Assembly (NCBI GenBank): GCA_964586075.1
Contig: CAZPGZ010000007.1
Location: 33,597-97,596, forward strand
From: an uncultured Nitrospiraceae bacterium
GTDB lineage: Bacteria; Nitrospirota; UBA9217
Length of the DNA: 64,000 nucleotides
Reading direction: 5' to 3'
The number at the start of each line of letters is the position of its first letter. Within the stretch, counting starts at the first letter, position 1. The notes below the pieces were generated by a model. The model ran no database searches. It was given only the letters and a program-made list of their open reading frames with translations, and was not told where the DNA came from. Shown here piece after piece: positions 47,538 to 57,614 of the stretch. The position numbers were made by a program, and so were the translations under genes.

Positions 47538-48002
47538 ATGAGCAAAAAAATATTTATCATGTTGTTGTCACTAGTTCTAAGTATCGGCTTTGTTTCGACT
47601 GCATTTTCTCAAATGAAGCCTGATGTGCTGGTCAAACAACGTCAGGCAGCTATGACACTACAGGGAAAATATTTTGCTCCTCTTGCCGGAATGGCCCAAG
47701 GCAAAATTCCTTATGATGCGAAAACAGTAACACGGAATGCAGGCTATCTGCATGTGTTGTCCATGATGCCGTGGGATGGTTTTGATCCGAGCACGGCAAA
47801 CGAGAAGTCAGGCGCGCTTCCGGCTGTTTATACGGACAACGCCAAGTTTAAAAAGGCTGCTGAAGACTTGCAGGCTGCCGCTGCAAGACTGGTCACGGTG
47901 TCTAAAGGGAGAGGAAAGGACGAGGCTATTATCAAAACAGCCATCGGTACGGTTGGAAAAACGTGCGGGGCTTGCCACGATAATTTCCGCCAAAAACAAT
48001 AA
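47538..48002 (+). CDS. Class II cytochrome c (cytochrome c'/c556)
   Basis: Signal peptide, RQAAM helix, C-terminal CGACHDNFR heme motif. Confidence 0.92.
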   Translation: MSKKIFIMLLSLVLSIGFVSTAFSQMKPDVLVKQRQAAMTLQGKYFAPLAGMAQGKIPYDAKTVTRNAGYLHVLSMMPWDGFDPSTANEKSGALPAVYTDNAKFKKAAEDLQAAAARLVTVSKGRGKDEAIIKTAIGTVGKTCGACHDNFRQKQ

Positions 48003-48019
48003 AACATTAGTTCTGGAGT

Positions 48020-48050
48020 AAAACCCCACGAAGTACAGTGGGGTTTTTTT
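48020..48050 (+). terminator. Intrinsic terminator after class II cytochrome c
   Basis: AAAACCCCAC-gaagtaca-GTGGGGTTTT followed by TTT. Confidence 0.65.
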
Positions 48051-48065
48051 ATGAAAGGATAACTT

Positions 48066-48935
48066 GTGTTTTTCATACGTTCGGCAATAATTATTCTTTT
48101 CCTCCTCCTGCTGACGGGCGTGATGGCAGCAAACGCACAGCTAGGAGGAAATACTAAACGGGGGGAATATTTGGTAAGAGCTGCAAATTGCATTGGTTGT
48201 CATACGGAAGAGCGTGAGGGGGCAGTTCCGTATGCGGGAGGACGAGCACTGAAAACCCCCTTCGGCACCTTCTTTGGACCGAATATCACGCAGGATAAAG
48301 ACGCTGGAATAGGTCGCTGGAGCGAGGCTGATTTCATCCGCGCAATGCGGTCAGGCGTGCGACCGGACGGCGCTGCATATTTTCCCGCATTTCCGTATCC
48401 ATCTTACACGAAAATTACCGATACTGATCTAAAGGACATGTGGTCGTATCTGCGCACCCTCGCTCCAAACAACCAGGTAAACCGCCCGCATGAGCTTGGT
48501 TTTTTCTTTCAGTGGCGTTTTCTGGTGCGTTTCTGGAAGCTGCTGTTTTTTACGTCCGGACCGTCTATGAATGATCCCGGCCGTTCTTCTGTTCTCAACA
48601 GAGGTGCATATCTCGTTCAGGCAGTAGGCCATTGCGGTGAATGTCATACACCGCGTAATTTTCTTGGAGCTCCGAAAATAAGCCGCTTTTTGGCGGGAGG
48701 AATGGCTCCGGATGTGAAAAGAGTGCCGAACTTGACCCCCACGCGGCTGAAGAAATGGAGTGATCAGGAGTTGCATGATTACCTGACCACGGGAGTGATG
48801 CCTGATGGAGATGTCGCCAATAAAACCATGAACGAGGTGATTCAGAATTCAACACGCGGACTTACGCCGGAAGACATGGTTGCCGTGATCGCTTATATGA
48901 GGTCGCTGCCGCCTCTTGGAGATGATCCAAGATAG
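48066..48935 (+). CDS. Diheme cytochrome c (gluconate/alcohol dehydrogenase cytochrome-subunit-like)
   Basis: RGEYLVRAANCIGCHT, PNITQD.DAGIGRWS..DF, FPAFPY, RGAYLV..VGHCGECHTPR. Confidence 0.9.
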   Translation: MFFIRSAIIILFLLLLTGVMAANAQLGGNTKRGEYLVRAANCIGCHTEEREGAVPYAGGRALKTPFGTFFGPNITQDKDAGIGRWSEADFIRAMRSGVRPDGAAYFPAFPYPSYTKITDTDLKDMWSYLRTLAPNNQVNRPHELGFFFQWRFLVRFWKLLFFTSGPSMNDPGRSSVLNRGAYLVQAVGHCGECHTPRNFLGAPKISRFLAGGMAPDVKRVPNLTPTRLKKWSDQELHDYLTTGVMPDGDVANKTMNEVIQNSTRGLTPEDMVAVIAYMRSLPPLGDDPR

Positions 48936-48938
48936 TTA

Positions 48939-49262
48939 TCATCGCACAAACAGCGGAATAATGATCGCTGCAAGAACAAGAACAAACGTTACGGTTAAAG
49001 CGGTTACGATAAACCAATGGGGAACAAATATGGTTTTAGACTTTTTCCCCTCATTCAGTTTCCAGTCAAGATTCCTGAAAAACATGCTTCGGCCACGTAA
49101 CAGCTTCGCGGACAAGGTGAACAGTGGAATGCCAAATAGGACTCCAAATGCGGCAAACAGCCACGGGATGCCTTCACCTGCCAGATACGCCGAGAAGACG
49201 AGATAAAGACTCGCGGCCACACAAGTTACGCAAACGATTATGAACGCTGTCTGCATATGCAA
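48939..49262 (-). CDS. Small hypothetical membrane protein (3 TM)
   Basis: 107-aa ORF with three hydrophobic stretches, 8 nt downstream of transketolase. Confidence 0.6.
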   Translation of the reverse strand: MHMQTAFIIVCVTCVAASLYLVFSAYLAGEGIPWLFAAFGVLFGIPLFTLSAKLLRGRSMFFRNLDWKLNEGKKSKTIFVPHWFIVTALTVTFVLVLAAIIIPLFVR

Positions 49263-49270
49263 TCCTTCGG

Positions 49271-51142
49271 TTAGCTTCTTTTCCGATGCATTTTTTTGTT
49301 TGCGCGTTTTCCATGATTTTTCATCACTTTCTTCACCTGAACAACAATTGCCTTGGCAGATATTTTCTCAAATTCGAGCAGCTCTTCCGGTTTTCCGCTT
49401 TTCGGCATTTTTTGGACACAGAGCGAATAGACGGGAACAGGTTCTTTTGCAAGGGCGCTGCGAACGGCTTCTCCTATGCCGCCTTCAGCAAAGTGGTCTT
49501 CCACAGTGATGATTGCGCTGGTTTCCTGTGCTGCTTTTCTGATTATTTTCGTATCGATAGGTTTTATACTGTAGAGGTCAATGACCCGGATAAAAATACC
49601 TTTTTCTTTCAGCATCGCATACGCCTTCAACGCTTCGTGCAGTGTGATGCCGGCGGCCACTACCGTGACCACGTCCGTCCTGTCCGCTCTCAGAACCTTG
49701 CTTCCACCGATCACGAATGTATCAGCGTTCCGGTACAGAACAGGTGTTTCCTTTCGCGTAGTCCGCATATATGCAATGCCGCGGTGTTTTGCCATTTCTT
49801 CGAGCAGCTTTTCCGTGGACACGGCGTCCGAAGGATAGAGCACGACACTGTCCAAAATGGTCCTGAACATGGCGATATCTTCAAGGCCCATTTGCGATGA
49901 ACCGTCTTCGCCTATGGAAACGCCGGCATGAGAACCGCAAAACTTGATGTTCGCGTGGGAATATTGGGCCATCCTGATCTGGTCAAAGGCCCGGGTAAGA
50001 AAGGCCGCGAACGTTGAAAGAAATGGTATTTTGCCGCGAATAGAGAGCCCGAGTGCTGTGTCGACCATGTTCTGTTCAGCAATATACATTTCAAGGAACC
50101 GTTCAGGATGTGCTGCCTTGAATAGTTCTGAAAACGTGGAGTTGCTGACTTCCGCGTCAAGCACTACCATGTCCGGAAACGCCGGGAATATTCTTTCCAG
50201 GGCCGTGCCATAAGCGTGCCTTGTTGCCACGGATTTGCCAGCGGTATAAGAAATACGGGCGGCGGTCCCGGGTTTCTGTCCAAGAGGTCGGATATCATCC
50301 GGTTCTTCAATGCGGCCTTGTATTGTTGTATCGACAGGTGCGAGTTCCTGTAATCCCCGTGCCAGTTCTTCTTTTTTGAGCGCTTTCCCGTGCCATCCGT
50401 TTTTATCCTCTATGAATGAAATCCCCTTGCCTTTCAGCGTTTTTGCGATGATCATGGTCGGTTTATCGCCAGGTTCTGCCGCCTGCTTAAACGCCGCTAA
50501 AATCTGGGCCATATCATGGCCGTCTATGACGATGGTTTCCCATCCGAAAGACGCAATTCTGTTTTTGTATATGTCCAAGTTGTGCCCATACATTGTTTCA
50601 CCGCGCTGACCGAGGCGGTTTACGTCCAGGATTCCTATGAGATTATTCAGCTTATAAAACGAGGCTATCTCCAATGCCTCCCAGAGAGAGCCTTCAGCCA
50701 TTTCGCTGTCTCCCAGAAGGACATAGGTCCGGTAGAGCAGTTTATCGATATACTTGGCGTTTATTGCCATTCCGACGCCGATTGAGAGCCCCTGGCCGAG
50801 TGAACCGGTTGCCGCTTCCGTATGGCGAAACGCGGGAGTCGGATGCCCTTCGAGAGGGCTGTTGAATTTTCTATAGCTGAGCAGCTCTTTTTCCGAAACC
50901 GACCCAGCCACGGCCCAAAGAGAATAAAAGAGAGGTGAGGCATGGCCCTTGGAAAATATCAATCTGTCGTTGGCAGGGTGGAGCGGGTCATGGGTCCGAT
51001 ATCTGAATGTCCCGCCGAACATGAGACCGGTCATCAGGTCTGCAGCGGATAATGAGGATGTCGGATGGCCGGATCCTGCTTCAGTGGATATGACGAGACT
51101 GTAGTAACGGACAAATTTTGCAATATCTTCGAGATTGTTCAT
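49271..51142 (-). CDS. tkt: Transketolase (single chain, mammalian-like subfamily)
   Basis: SGHPTSS, SKGHA, GHP, TGSLGQG, GDSEMAEGSLWE...DVNRLGQ, IAEQNM, GEDGSSQM. ATG 51142 follows GGAGG. Confidence 0.93.
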   Translation of the reverse strand: MNNLEDIAKFVRYYSLVISTEAGSGHPTSSLSAADLMTGLMFGGTFRYRTHDPLHPANDRLIFSKGHASPLFYSLWAVAGSVSEKELLSYRKFNSPLEGHPTPAFRHTEAATGSLGQGLSIGVGMAINAKYIDKLLYRTYVLLGDSEMAEGSLWEALEIASFYKLNNLIGILDVNRLGQRGETMYGHNLDIYKNRIASFGWETIVIDGHDMAQILAAFKQAAEPGDKPTMIIAKTLKGKGISFIEDKNGWHGKALKKEELARGLQELAPVDTTIQGRIEEPDDIRPLGQKPGTAARISYTAGKSVATRHAYGTALERIFPAFPDMVVLDAEVSNSTFSELFKAAHPERFLEMYIAEQNMVDTALGLSIRGKIPFLSTFAAFLTRAFDQIRMAQYSHANIKFCGSHAGVSIGEDGSSQMGLEDIAMFRTILDSVVLYPSDAVSTEKLLEEMAKHRGIAYMRTTRKETPVLYRNADTFVIGGSKVLRADRTDVVTVVAAGITLHEALKAYAMLKEKGIFIRVIDLYSIKPIDTKIIRKAAQETSAIITVEDHFAEGGIGEAVRSALAKEPVPVYSLCVQKMPKSGKPEELLEFEKISAKAIVVQVKKVMKNHGKRANKKMHRKRS

Positions 51143-51255
51143 CAAAACCTCCATATCAGCCGTAGATATTTCAGAGCGCGGGCAGGAAGCACGTGCGGAC
51201 AAATATTCTTGCTATGAAACTTTAGAATGACGTGGCCTAGGGGCTCCAGCTGTTG

Positions 51256-52689
51256 TTATAGTAGAGTTTGCATTGTCTTTTGTATGATCTCGATAATCTC
51301 TCCGGGGTATATGCCGAACCAGACCAGCAGAAACGAGAGCAGGGCGAGCACGATGGTTCCCGGAAAGGAACGCGTTGGCGCAGACACGGTCTTTTCCATA
51401 GGATGTCCATACAGTACCGCGACGATGCGGAGATAATAGAAAAGGCCGAGAATGCTGTTTATAACAAGAATGATTACGAGGAGCCAGAGTGTTGAGCCAA
51501 CCCCTGCTGCAACTATATAAAATTTTCCGATAAACCCAGCTGTCAATGGTATACCTGCCAGCGAAAGGACCATGATGGTAAAAATACCCGCAAGCCACGG
51601 GTTGCGCCAGGCAAGTCCCTGGTAATCTTCAATACAGTCCGCGTCACTGTTTTTATCGGAAAGAATGGACACCACACCAAAAGCACCGAGTGTGGTGATG
51701 AAGTAGGCGATCAGGTAAAAGGCGGCAGCGGCAGCAGCTGTGGCGCCGCCTGCCAGGAGTGTTACCAGAAGATAGCCAAGATGTGAAATGGATGAATATG
51801 CAAGGATGCGTTTGACGTTTTTCTGAAGAAGGGCGAGCAGGTTTCCGGCGAACATGGAGGCAATTGCGATGATGGTAAAGATAAGGACCAGTGATTGAAA
51901 CGCATGAATATCAATACGGGAAAAATATCGAAACAGAAGAGCGAATACCGCTCCTTTGGACACCGTGGCGATAAAAGCCGTGACCGGCGCCGGTGCGCCT
52001 TCATAAACGTCAGGAGTCCAGAGATGAAAAGGCACTACCGCGAGTTTGAAACCCGCACCGGCGATAATCAGACAAAAGCCGGAGAGAAGTGTTAGGCTGT
52101 GTACACCGGAAACCGCAGCCCGCGATGCGATTCTGGCAAACTCCATGCTCCCGATTTCAGCATAGACAAGCGCCATCCCGAACAGGATAAAAGCGGAGGA
52201 TACAGCGGCCAGAACCAAGTATTTTATACCGGCTTCGATACACCGATTGTTGTCCCTGAGATAGGCCGCAAGTACATACAGGGAGACGCTCAGCATTTCG
52301 ATGCCGAGGAAAAATGTGGCGAAATGCGTACTTGCTGTCAGTATTCCCGCGCCAAGCGTCGCAATGAGCAGTAACAGATAAAATTCTTCACGAAGTTCGT
52401 CATGGTGTTCCAAATAACCATAGGAAAGCGCTGCAACCACGGAACTTGCGAGAAAAAACAGGATCATATACGAAAGAGCGTACGCGTCCAAAGCGAGCAG
52501 AGCGGTAACACTGCGGGGAGTCAGCGGCATGACGGCCGGAACCAGTGAGGCGGCTGCGAGCAGGCCCACGATCGTAATAGCTGCGGTGGTTTTATGGTTT
52601 CGATAGAAAGCGATTACCAGCATGACCACGACAGCGGTAGATGCCACAACAATCAAAGGGAGGAGAGTGAGGAGGCCGGTTTTATTCAT
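51256..52689 (-). CDS. nuoN: NADH-quinone oxidoreductase subunit N
   Basis: EAGIKYL, GFKLAVVPFHLWTPDVYEGAPAPV, KRILAYSSISH, SLAGIPLTAGFIGKF. Confidence 0.95.
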   Translation of the reverse strand: MNKTGLLTLLPLIVVASTAVVVMLVIAFYRNHKTTAAITIVGLLAAASLVPAVMPLTPRSVTALLALDAYALSYMILFFLASSVVAALSYGYLEHHDELREEFYLLLLIATLGAGILTASTHFATFFLGIEMLSVSLYVLAAYLRDNNRCIEAGIKYLVLAAVSSAFILFGMALVYAEIGSMEFARIASRAAVSGVHSLTLLSGFCLIIAGAGFKLAVVPFHLWTPDVYEGAPAPVTAFIATVSKGAVFALLFRYFSRIDIHAFQSLVLIFTIIAIASMFAGNLLALLQKNVKRILAYSSISHLGYLLVTLLAGGATAAAAAAFYLIAYFITTLGAFGVVSILSDKNSDADCIEDYQGLAWRNPWLAGIFTIMVLSLAGIPLTAGFIGKFYIVAAGVGSTLWLLVIILVINSILGLFYYLRIVAVLYGHPMEKTVSAPTRSFPGTIVLALLSFLLVWFGIYPGEIIEIIQKTMQTLL

Positions 52690-54193
52690 GCGCAGCTCCG
52701 TGGGACAGGGCATCACGGTCTTGCTGAGGATGGCTTTGTATGACCTGCAGGCCCGGTTCCGATATGCTCAGAACAGGTCTGGGGTAAACGCCGAGCCAGA
52801 GGATTGCTGCGACCATAATTGCGAGTATTCCCGTCTCTCGGATCGTAAGATCGGAGACGGAAACGGACTTTTGTTCTCCGTGCAGGACGGACTGGACTAT
52901 CCGGAGCGAGTAAATGACAGCAAGGACGAGTCCGAACGCAGCGATACCGGTGAGCAGCGGGTTCACACGATAGGCGCCGACAAGGATCAAGAATTCAGCC
53001 GTAAAATTGCCGAATCCCGGCAAACCAAGTGAGGCAAGTGCAAAAATGAGCATGATACCGCTTAACCGGGGAGCGGATTTCCAGAACCCTCCCATAGGGG
53101 CAAGGTCACGGGTGCTAATGCGCTCCTGAATCAGACCTGCGATGATAAAAAGCGCGCTGACACTAACGCCATGCGCAACGATCTGGATGACGACGCCGGA
53201 TAGAGACGTCAGGTTTGCAGCAAAAATGCCCAGGAGCACAAAGCCCATATGGGCAACACTTGTGTACGCCACGAGACGCTTGAGATCGGTTTGGGCAAAT
53301 GCGAGTGCAGAACCGTAGATGATGCTGATGACCGCGATGACCATCAGCCACGGGGCGATAACCATGGCTGATTCAGGGAAAAAAGGAAGTACGAAACGGA
53401 GGAGACCGTACGCTGCGGTTTTGGACAGAAGGCCGGCGAGGACCACACTGCCCGCCGTCGGCGCCTGCGTGTAGGCATCGGGGAGCCAGGGATGCAGCGG
53501 AAATGCCGGGAGCTTAACGGCAAACGCGGCAATAAATCCGAGCATAATCCAGAACGCCGCTTTCGGCGTCAGCGACGTTCCAAGGAGCAGAGAATAGTCA
53601 AAAGTATACAGCCCGGTGTCGATTCCATGCATGAAGTAAAGGGAAAGAATAGATACAAGCATGAACAGTCCGCCGGCCTGCGTGAAGATAAAAAATTTGA
53701 AAGCGGCTGGTACTCTGTTTTCATTGCCCCAGATGTTGATCAGAAAATACATCGGCACGAGCATGAGCTCCCAGAAAAAATAAAAAAGAAACAAGTCAAG
53801 CGCAGTGAACACGCCGATGATCCCGGAGAGTGTGCATAGCAGATTAAAATGAAAGAAACCCGTGCGGTTGCGGATTTCATTCCGGGAGCAGAGGACAGCG
53901 ATGATGCCGAGAAACAGAGTGAGCAGTATGAAAATGATGCTCAGGCCGTCAGCTGCCAGGTGCAAACTGATTCCGAACTGAGGGATCCAGGGATAATGCA
54001 ACTCCATCAACCATGCAGCACCGCGGTTTAAAGAGACCGTGGCGGTCGACTGTGTGCATCCATACGCCAGCAGTAGTGCGTCAACGGCAAGTGAACCAAC
54101 GGCTGTCCAGCAGGGGGCTCTGCGGTCCTGCTTTTCCAAAAGCCATCCGCCTAGTCCACCGATCAGGGGTATGATGATCCAGAGGAGAATCAT
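52682..54193 (-). CDS. nuoM: NADH-quinone oxidoreductase subunit M
   Basis: DGLS, FFWELMLVPMY, AVKLPAFPLHPWLPDAY, DLKRLVAYTSVAHMG, GLPGFGNFTAE. Confidence 0.95.
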   Translation of the reverse strand: MILLWIIIPLIGGLGGWLLEKQDRRAPCWTAVGSLAVDALLLAYGCTQSTATVSLNRGAAWLMELHYPWIPQFGISLHLAADGLSIIFILLTLFLGIIAVLCSRNEIRNRTGFFHFNLLCTLSGIIGVFTALDLFLFYFFWELMLVPMYFLINIWGNENRVPAAFKFFIFTQAGGLFMLVSILSLYFMHGIDTGLYTFDYSLLLGTSLTPKAAFWIMLGFIAAFAVKLPAFPLHPWLPDAYTQAPTAGSVVLAGLLSKTAAYGLLRFVLPFFPESAMVIAPWLMVIAVISIIYGSALAFAQTDLKRLVAYTSVAHMGFVLLGIFAANLTSLSGVVIQIVAHGVSVSALFIIAGLIQERISTRDLAPMGGFWKSAPRLSGIMLIFALASLGLPGFGNFTAEFLILVGAYRVNPLLTGIAAFGLVLAVIYSLRIVQSVLHGEQKSVSVSDLTIRETGILAIMVAAILWLGVYPRPVLSISEPGLQVIQSHPQQDRDALSHGAAHE

Positions 54194-54226
54194 ATGTGCA
54201 TGCCTTTGTTTTCTGTCCTTTTCTGT

Positions 54227-56122
54227 TTATCTTAGGACTGCAGCAATTCCCAAAAACAACACCGCACCTGCTGCCATGGCCATGGCGTACCATCGAAGAC
54301 TGCCGGTTTGTGTTCTGGCAAGAAGTCTATGCATCATGGTATGAAGGCTGATGATTCCGGTGCAGCAGGAATCGACGAAGTCATTTTTGTTGATGCGGGT
54401 GACCCAGAGGAACGGTTTTACCAAAAGTGTTTCATAAAGAGCATCAAAGCCCCAACCGACCTGCCAGAATTTTGCCAGTGCACCGAACAGTCGTGTGTTG
54501 CTGACGGTATCTGCATACCAGGGGCGAATGAGATAGAACAGTATGGCCATAAATATACCTGCAAGAGAAACAAGCGAGGCGCCGAACAGGAGTATTCCTT
54601 CTCCCCGTGGAGTGGTTTGCACAGCAGCTATCCCACCAAAAACAGGCCGTAAAAAATCCGAAAAAAAAGTCATGTTTCCCATGACGGCCGGCACTTCAAG
54701 AAAACCGATTGTAATTGACAAGACCGAGAGAATGATAAGGGGAGTTCTCATGCAAAGGCCCGGCAAATGGGTTACTTCTTGTTTCGTTTCTCCATAGAAA
54801 ATTATAAAAACCATGCGGAATGCATAGAGAGAAGTAATAAACGAGCCGATGATTCCCGCTGACCAGAGCCAAGTGCTCCCGGAAGGTGAAGACCATGCCT
54901 GCCAGAGAATAAGGTCCTTGCTGTAAAAACCGGCAGTCAGCAGAGGGAATGCCGAGAGCGATGCCGCGCCGATAAGGAAAATAAGGAAGGTGGTCGGAAG
55001 CAGTTTCCGTAATCCTCCCATGTTGAATATGTCATGTTCGTGGTTTTGGGCGAGGATGAGCACGCCGGCCGCAAGAAACAGGAGCGCTTTAAAAAATGCA
55101 TGAGTCATGAAATGAAACAGAGCAGCTGACCAGGCGCCTACTCCCAGTGCCAGAAACATATAGCCTATCTGGCTGATTGTGGAGTATGCAAGAACGCGCT
55201 TGATGTCTTTTTGGACGAGCGCACTGCACCCCGCAATCAGGAGCGTTGTCGCGCCTATGATTGCAACGGCAGACAGCACCACCGGCGCCAGTTCGAACAA
55301 AACATGGGTGCGCGCGATCAGATACACGCCGGCGGTGACCATGGTCGCGGCATGAATCAAAGCGCTGACCGGGGTCGGGCCTGCCATGGCATCGGGCAGC
55401 CATGTCTGGAGGGGCAGTTGGGCGGATTTTCCGATCGCGCCTCCGAGCAGGAGCGCGGCCGCAAGCACGGCTGTTCCCGATCCAGGAGGCAATTGTTTTG
55501 GGGCGGACTGCATCATATCCTGAATATGCAGTGTACCGAAATGGGTGAACAACAGAAAAATGCCGACCGCCATTGCCGTATCGCCGATGCGTGTCACGAT
55601 GAACGCTTTCCGGGCGGCTGCACCATTGGCCGGGTCAGTGTACCAGAAACCGATCAAAAGATAGCTGCAGAGTCCGACGCCCTCCCATCCGAGGTACAGG
55701 AGAAGAAAATTGTCCGCAAGAACAAGGACAAGCATGGAGCCGATAAAAAGGTTCATGTATGCAAAATATCGGCTGTAGCCCTGCTCGTCCCGCATGAATT
55801 CTGAGGAGTAAAGATGGATTAAGAAACCCACAACTGATATCACGAGCACCATGACCAGTGAAAGAGGGTCGAGTGAAAAGGATATGGCAGGGGTGTATCC
55901 GTCAAATTGCATCCAGAGCCAGAGTGTCTGGGTAAACACATTATTTTGCTGGGGTGTCAGGAGAAAACCGATGCCAACGAGCGCAGAGACGACAGCGGAC
56001 AGGCCCACAGACCCCACGCCGATGGAAGCAATGGCGGTTTTTGTAAAGTGGTGGCCCCGCAGTGCCAGGATGAAAAAACCGGCAAACGGCAGCGCTGGTA
56101 TCAGGTAAAGGAGATGCAGCAT
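54227..56122 (-). CDS. nuoL: NADH-quinone oxidoreductase subunit L
   Basis: LDPLS, WEGVGLCSYLLIGFW, GKSAQLPLQTWLPDAMAGPTPVSALIHAATMVTAG, HAFFKALLF. Confidence 0.96.
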   Translation of the reverse strand: MLHLLYLIPALPFAGFFILALRGHHFTKTAIASIGVGSVGLSAVVSALVGIGFLLTPQQNNVFTQTLWLWMQFDGYTPAISFSLDPLSLVMVLVISVVGFLIHLYSSEFMRDEQGYSRYFAYMNLFIGSMLVLVLADNFLLLYLGWEGVGLCSYLLIGFWYTDPANGAAARKAFIVTRIGDTAMAVGIFLLFTHFGTLHIQDMMQSAPKQLPPGSGTAVLAAALLLGGAIGKSAQLPLQTWLPDAMAGPTPVSALIHAATMVTAGVYLIARTHVLFELAPVVLSAVAIIGATTLLIAGCSALVQKDIKRVLAYSTISQIGYMFLALGVGAWSAALFHFMTHAFFKALLFLAAGVLILAQNHEHDIFNMGGLRKLLPTTFLIFLIGAASLSAFPLLTAGFYSKDLILWQAWSSPSGSTWLWSAGIIGSFITSLYAFRMVFIIFYGETKQEVTHLPGLCMRTPLIILSVLSITIGFLEVPAVMGNMTFFSDFLRPVFGGIAAVQTTPRGEGILLFGASLVSLAGIFMAILFYLIRPWYADTVSNTRLFGALAKFWQVGWGFDALYETLLVKPFLWVTRINKNDFVDSCCTGIISLHTMMHRLLARTQTGSLRWYAMAMAAGAVLFLGIAAVLR

Positions 56123-56141
56123 ATCGCCTCAGAAATATCCA

Positions 56142-56453
56142 TTATCCTTTCATAGTGTTCGCCGCGTCCACATCCAGAGTTTTGAAGCGCCGATAGAGCT
56201 GGAGTACCAGCGCCAGGCCTACTGACACTTCAGCGGCAGCCAGCGTCAGAATGAAGATGAACATGACCTGGCCATCGGCCTGCCCCCACCGCGCTCCTGC
56301 CACAACGAATGCGAGTCCCGCAGCATTCAACATGATTTCAACGCTCATAAGCATGAAGATGATGTTGCGTCGTATCAGCACACCTGTCAGGCCGAGTGCG
56401 AATAAAATTGCGGCAAGAACAAGGCCGTGTTCCATTGGGATATGAGCGATCAT
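56142..56453 (-). CDS. nuoK: NADH-quinone oxidoreductase subunit K
   Basis: [42 protein letters not shown]; E. coli-like. Start uncertain (56453 or 56435). Confidence 0.94.
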   Translation of the reverse strand: MIAHIPMEHGLVLAAILFALGLTGVLIRRNIIFMLMSVEIMLNAAGLAFVVAGARWGQADGQVMFIFILTLAAAEVSVGLALVLQLYRRFKTLDVDAANTMKG

Positions 56454-56546
56454 ATGTTTTTCTTGCTCCACATGTTGAGAATACGGCTGCACCCGACTGC
56501 GCTTTGGCGACGGCCCAGGCAGTTTAAATGTTTACACCTGGTTCAT

Positions 56547-57038
56547 TTACTGTTTGTACGGTCTGCCCAGGTGATACGCGCCGACCAGTCCTGCCAACAA
56601 CAGCAGTGATGCCAGTTCCACGCCGATTACATACGGGCCGAGCAGTGCTATTCCGATTTGTTTCGGCGTTATGAGTGTTGCAGCCAGACGCTCCTTGCTT
56701 CCCATCAGGACGTACAGAATTTCCATGAGAAGAAGAGCGGATAGAATTGAGGGGCCCGTCCATATCCGGACGGTCAGCCATTGAGATTCCTGGCGTGCAG
56801 ATTCTCTGCCCAGATTCTGCATCATGATGACGAATACAAACAGCACCATGATGGTGCCCGCATAAATGAGTATTTCCAGCATGGCGACGAACGGGGCACC
56901 CAGCGAGAAAAACACCAGTGCAACGGCCAGCAGCGATACGATCAGATACAGGAGGGCATGCACGGCGTTTTTTTTGCCGATGACCAGGACCGTGGCAATG
57001 ACCGCAATAGCGGCTGATATGTAAAAAAGATAATTCAT
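56547..57038 (-). CDS. nuoJ: NADH-quinone oxidoreductase subunit J
   Basis: NAVHALLYLIVSLLAVA, LEILIYAGTIMVLFVFVIMM, VELASLLLLAGLVGAYHLG. Confidence 0.94.
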   Translation of the reverse strand: MNYLFYISAAIAVIATVLVIGKKNAVHALLYLIVSLLAVALVFFSLGAPFVAMLEILIYAGTIMVLFVFVIMMQNLGRESARQESQWLTVRIWTGPSILSALLLMEILYVLMGSKERLAATLITPKQIGIALLGPYVIGVELASLLLLAGLVGAYHLGRPYKQ

Positions 57039-57058
57039 GCTGGTTCCTTCAGAACATG

Positions 57059-57574
57059 CTAGGGTAGCAGGTCCTTCACGTTCACGGGTTTGTCCTCGTT
57101 CTCCGCTTCGCCTTTATCCTTTCCTTTGACTGCCAATCCGGAAATCCGGTAAAAATTATAATTATGGTATTTGCCCGGGCCGTTAATCAACAGATGTTCT
57201 TTTTCATATACCAGGTTTTGGCGATTATATTCGCCCATTTCGAAGTCAGTGGTGAGCTGGATGGCATAGGTCGGGCACGCCTCTTCACAGTATCCGCAGA
57301 AGATGCAGCGTGAAAAATTGATCCGGAAAAATTCAGGGTACCGTCTTCCGTGTTCATCTTCGGTCGCCTGCAGTGCTATGCAGCCGACCGGGCATGCCAC
57401 GGCGCAGAGCGAACAGGCAACGCAGCGTTCCTCACCGTCCGGATCGCGTGAAAGGACAATGCGTCCGCGCCAGCGGGGAGGAAGGTACGGTTTCTCCTCC
57501 GGATATTGGATCGTCGCCCGCTTCCGGAACATGGTCTTGAAGACTGTCCAGATCGTTTTGAGTATGCTGAACAC
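57059..57574 (-). CDS. nuoI: NADH-quinone oxidoreductase subunit I
   Basis: [28 protein letters not shown]. Confidence 0.96.
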   Translation of the reverse strand: MFSILKTIWTVFKTMFRKRATIQYPEEKPYLPPRWRGRIVLSRDPDGEERCVACSLCAVACPVGCIALQATEDEHGRRYPEFFRINFSRCIFCGYCEEACPTYAIQLTTDFEMGEYNRQNLVYEKEHLLINGPGKYHNYNFYRISGLAVKGKDKGEAENEDKPVNVKDLLP

Positions 57575-57614
57575 GGTTGTTCCTTTTCACTCTTCCCGGC
57601 CGTGGTTTGCACGG

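Noticed and set aside
49286-49900. 204-aa antisense ORF over transketolase (and similar antisense ORFs over nuo genes)
   Set aside because: They fully overlap confidently assigned genes on the other strand and carry no motifs.
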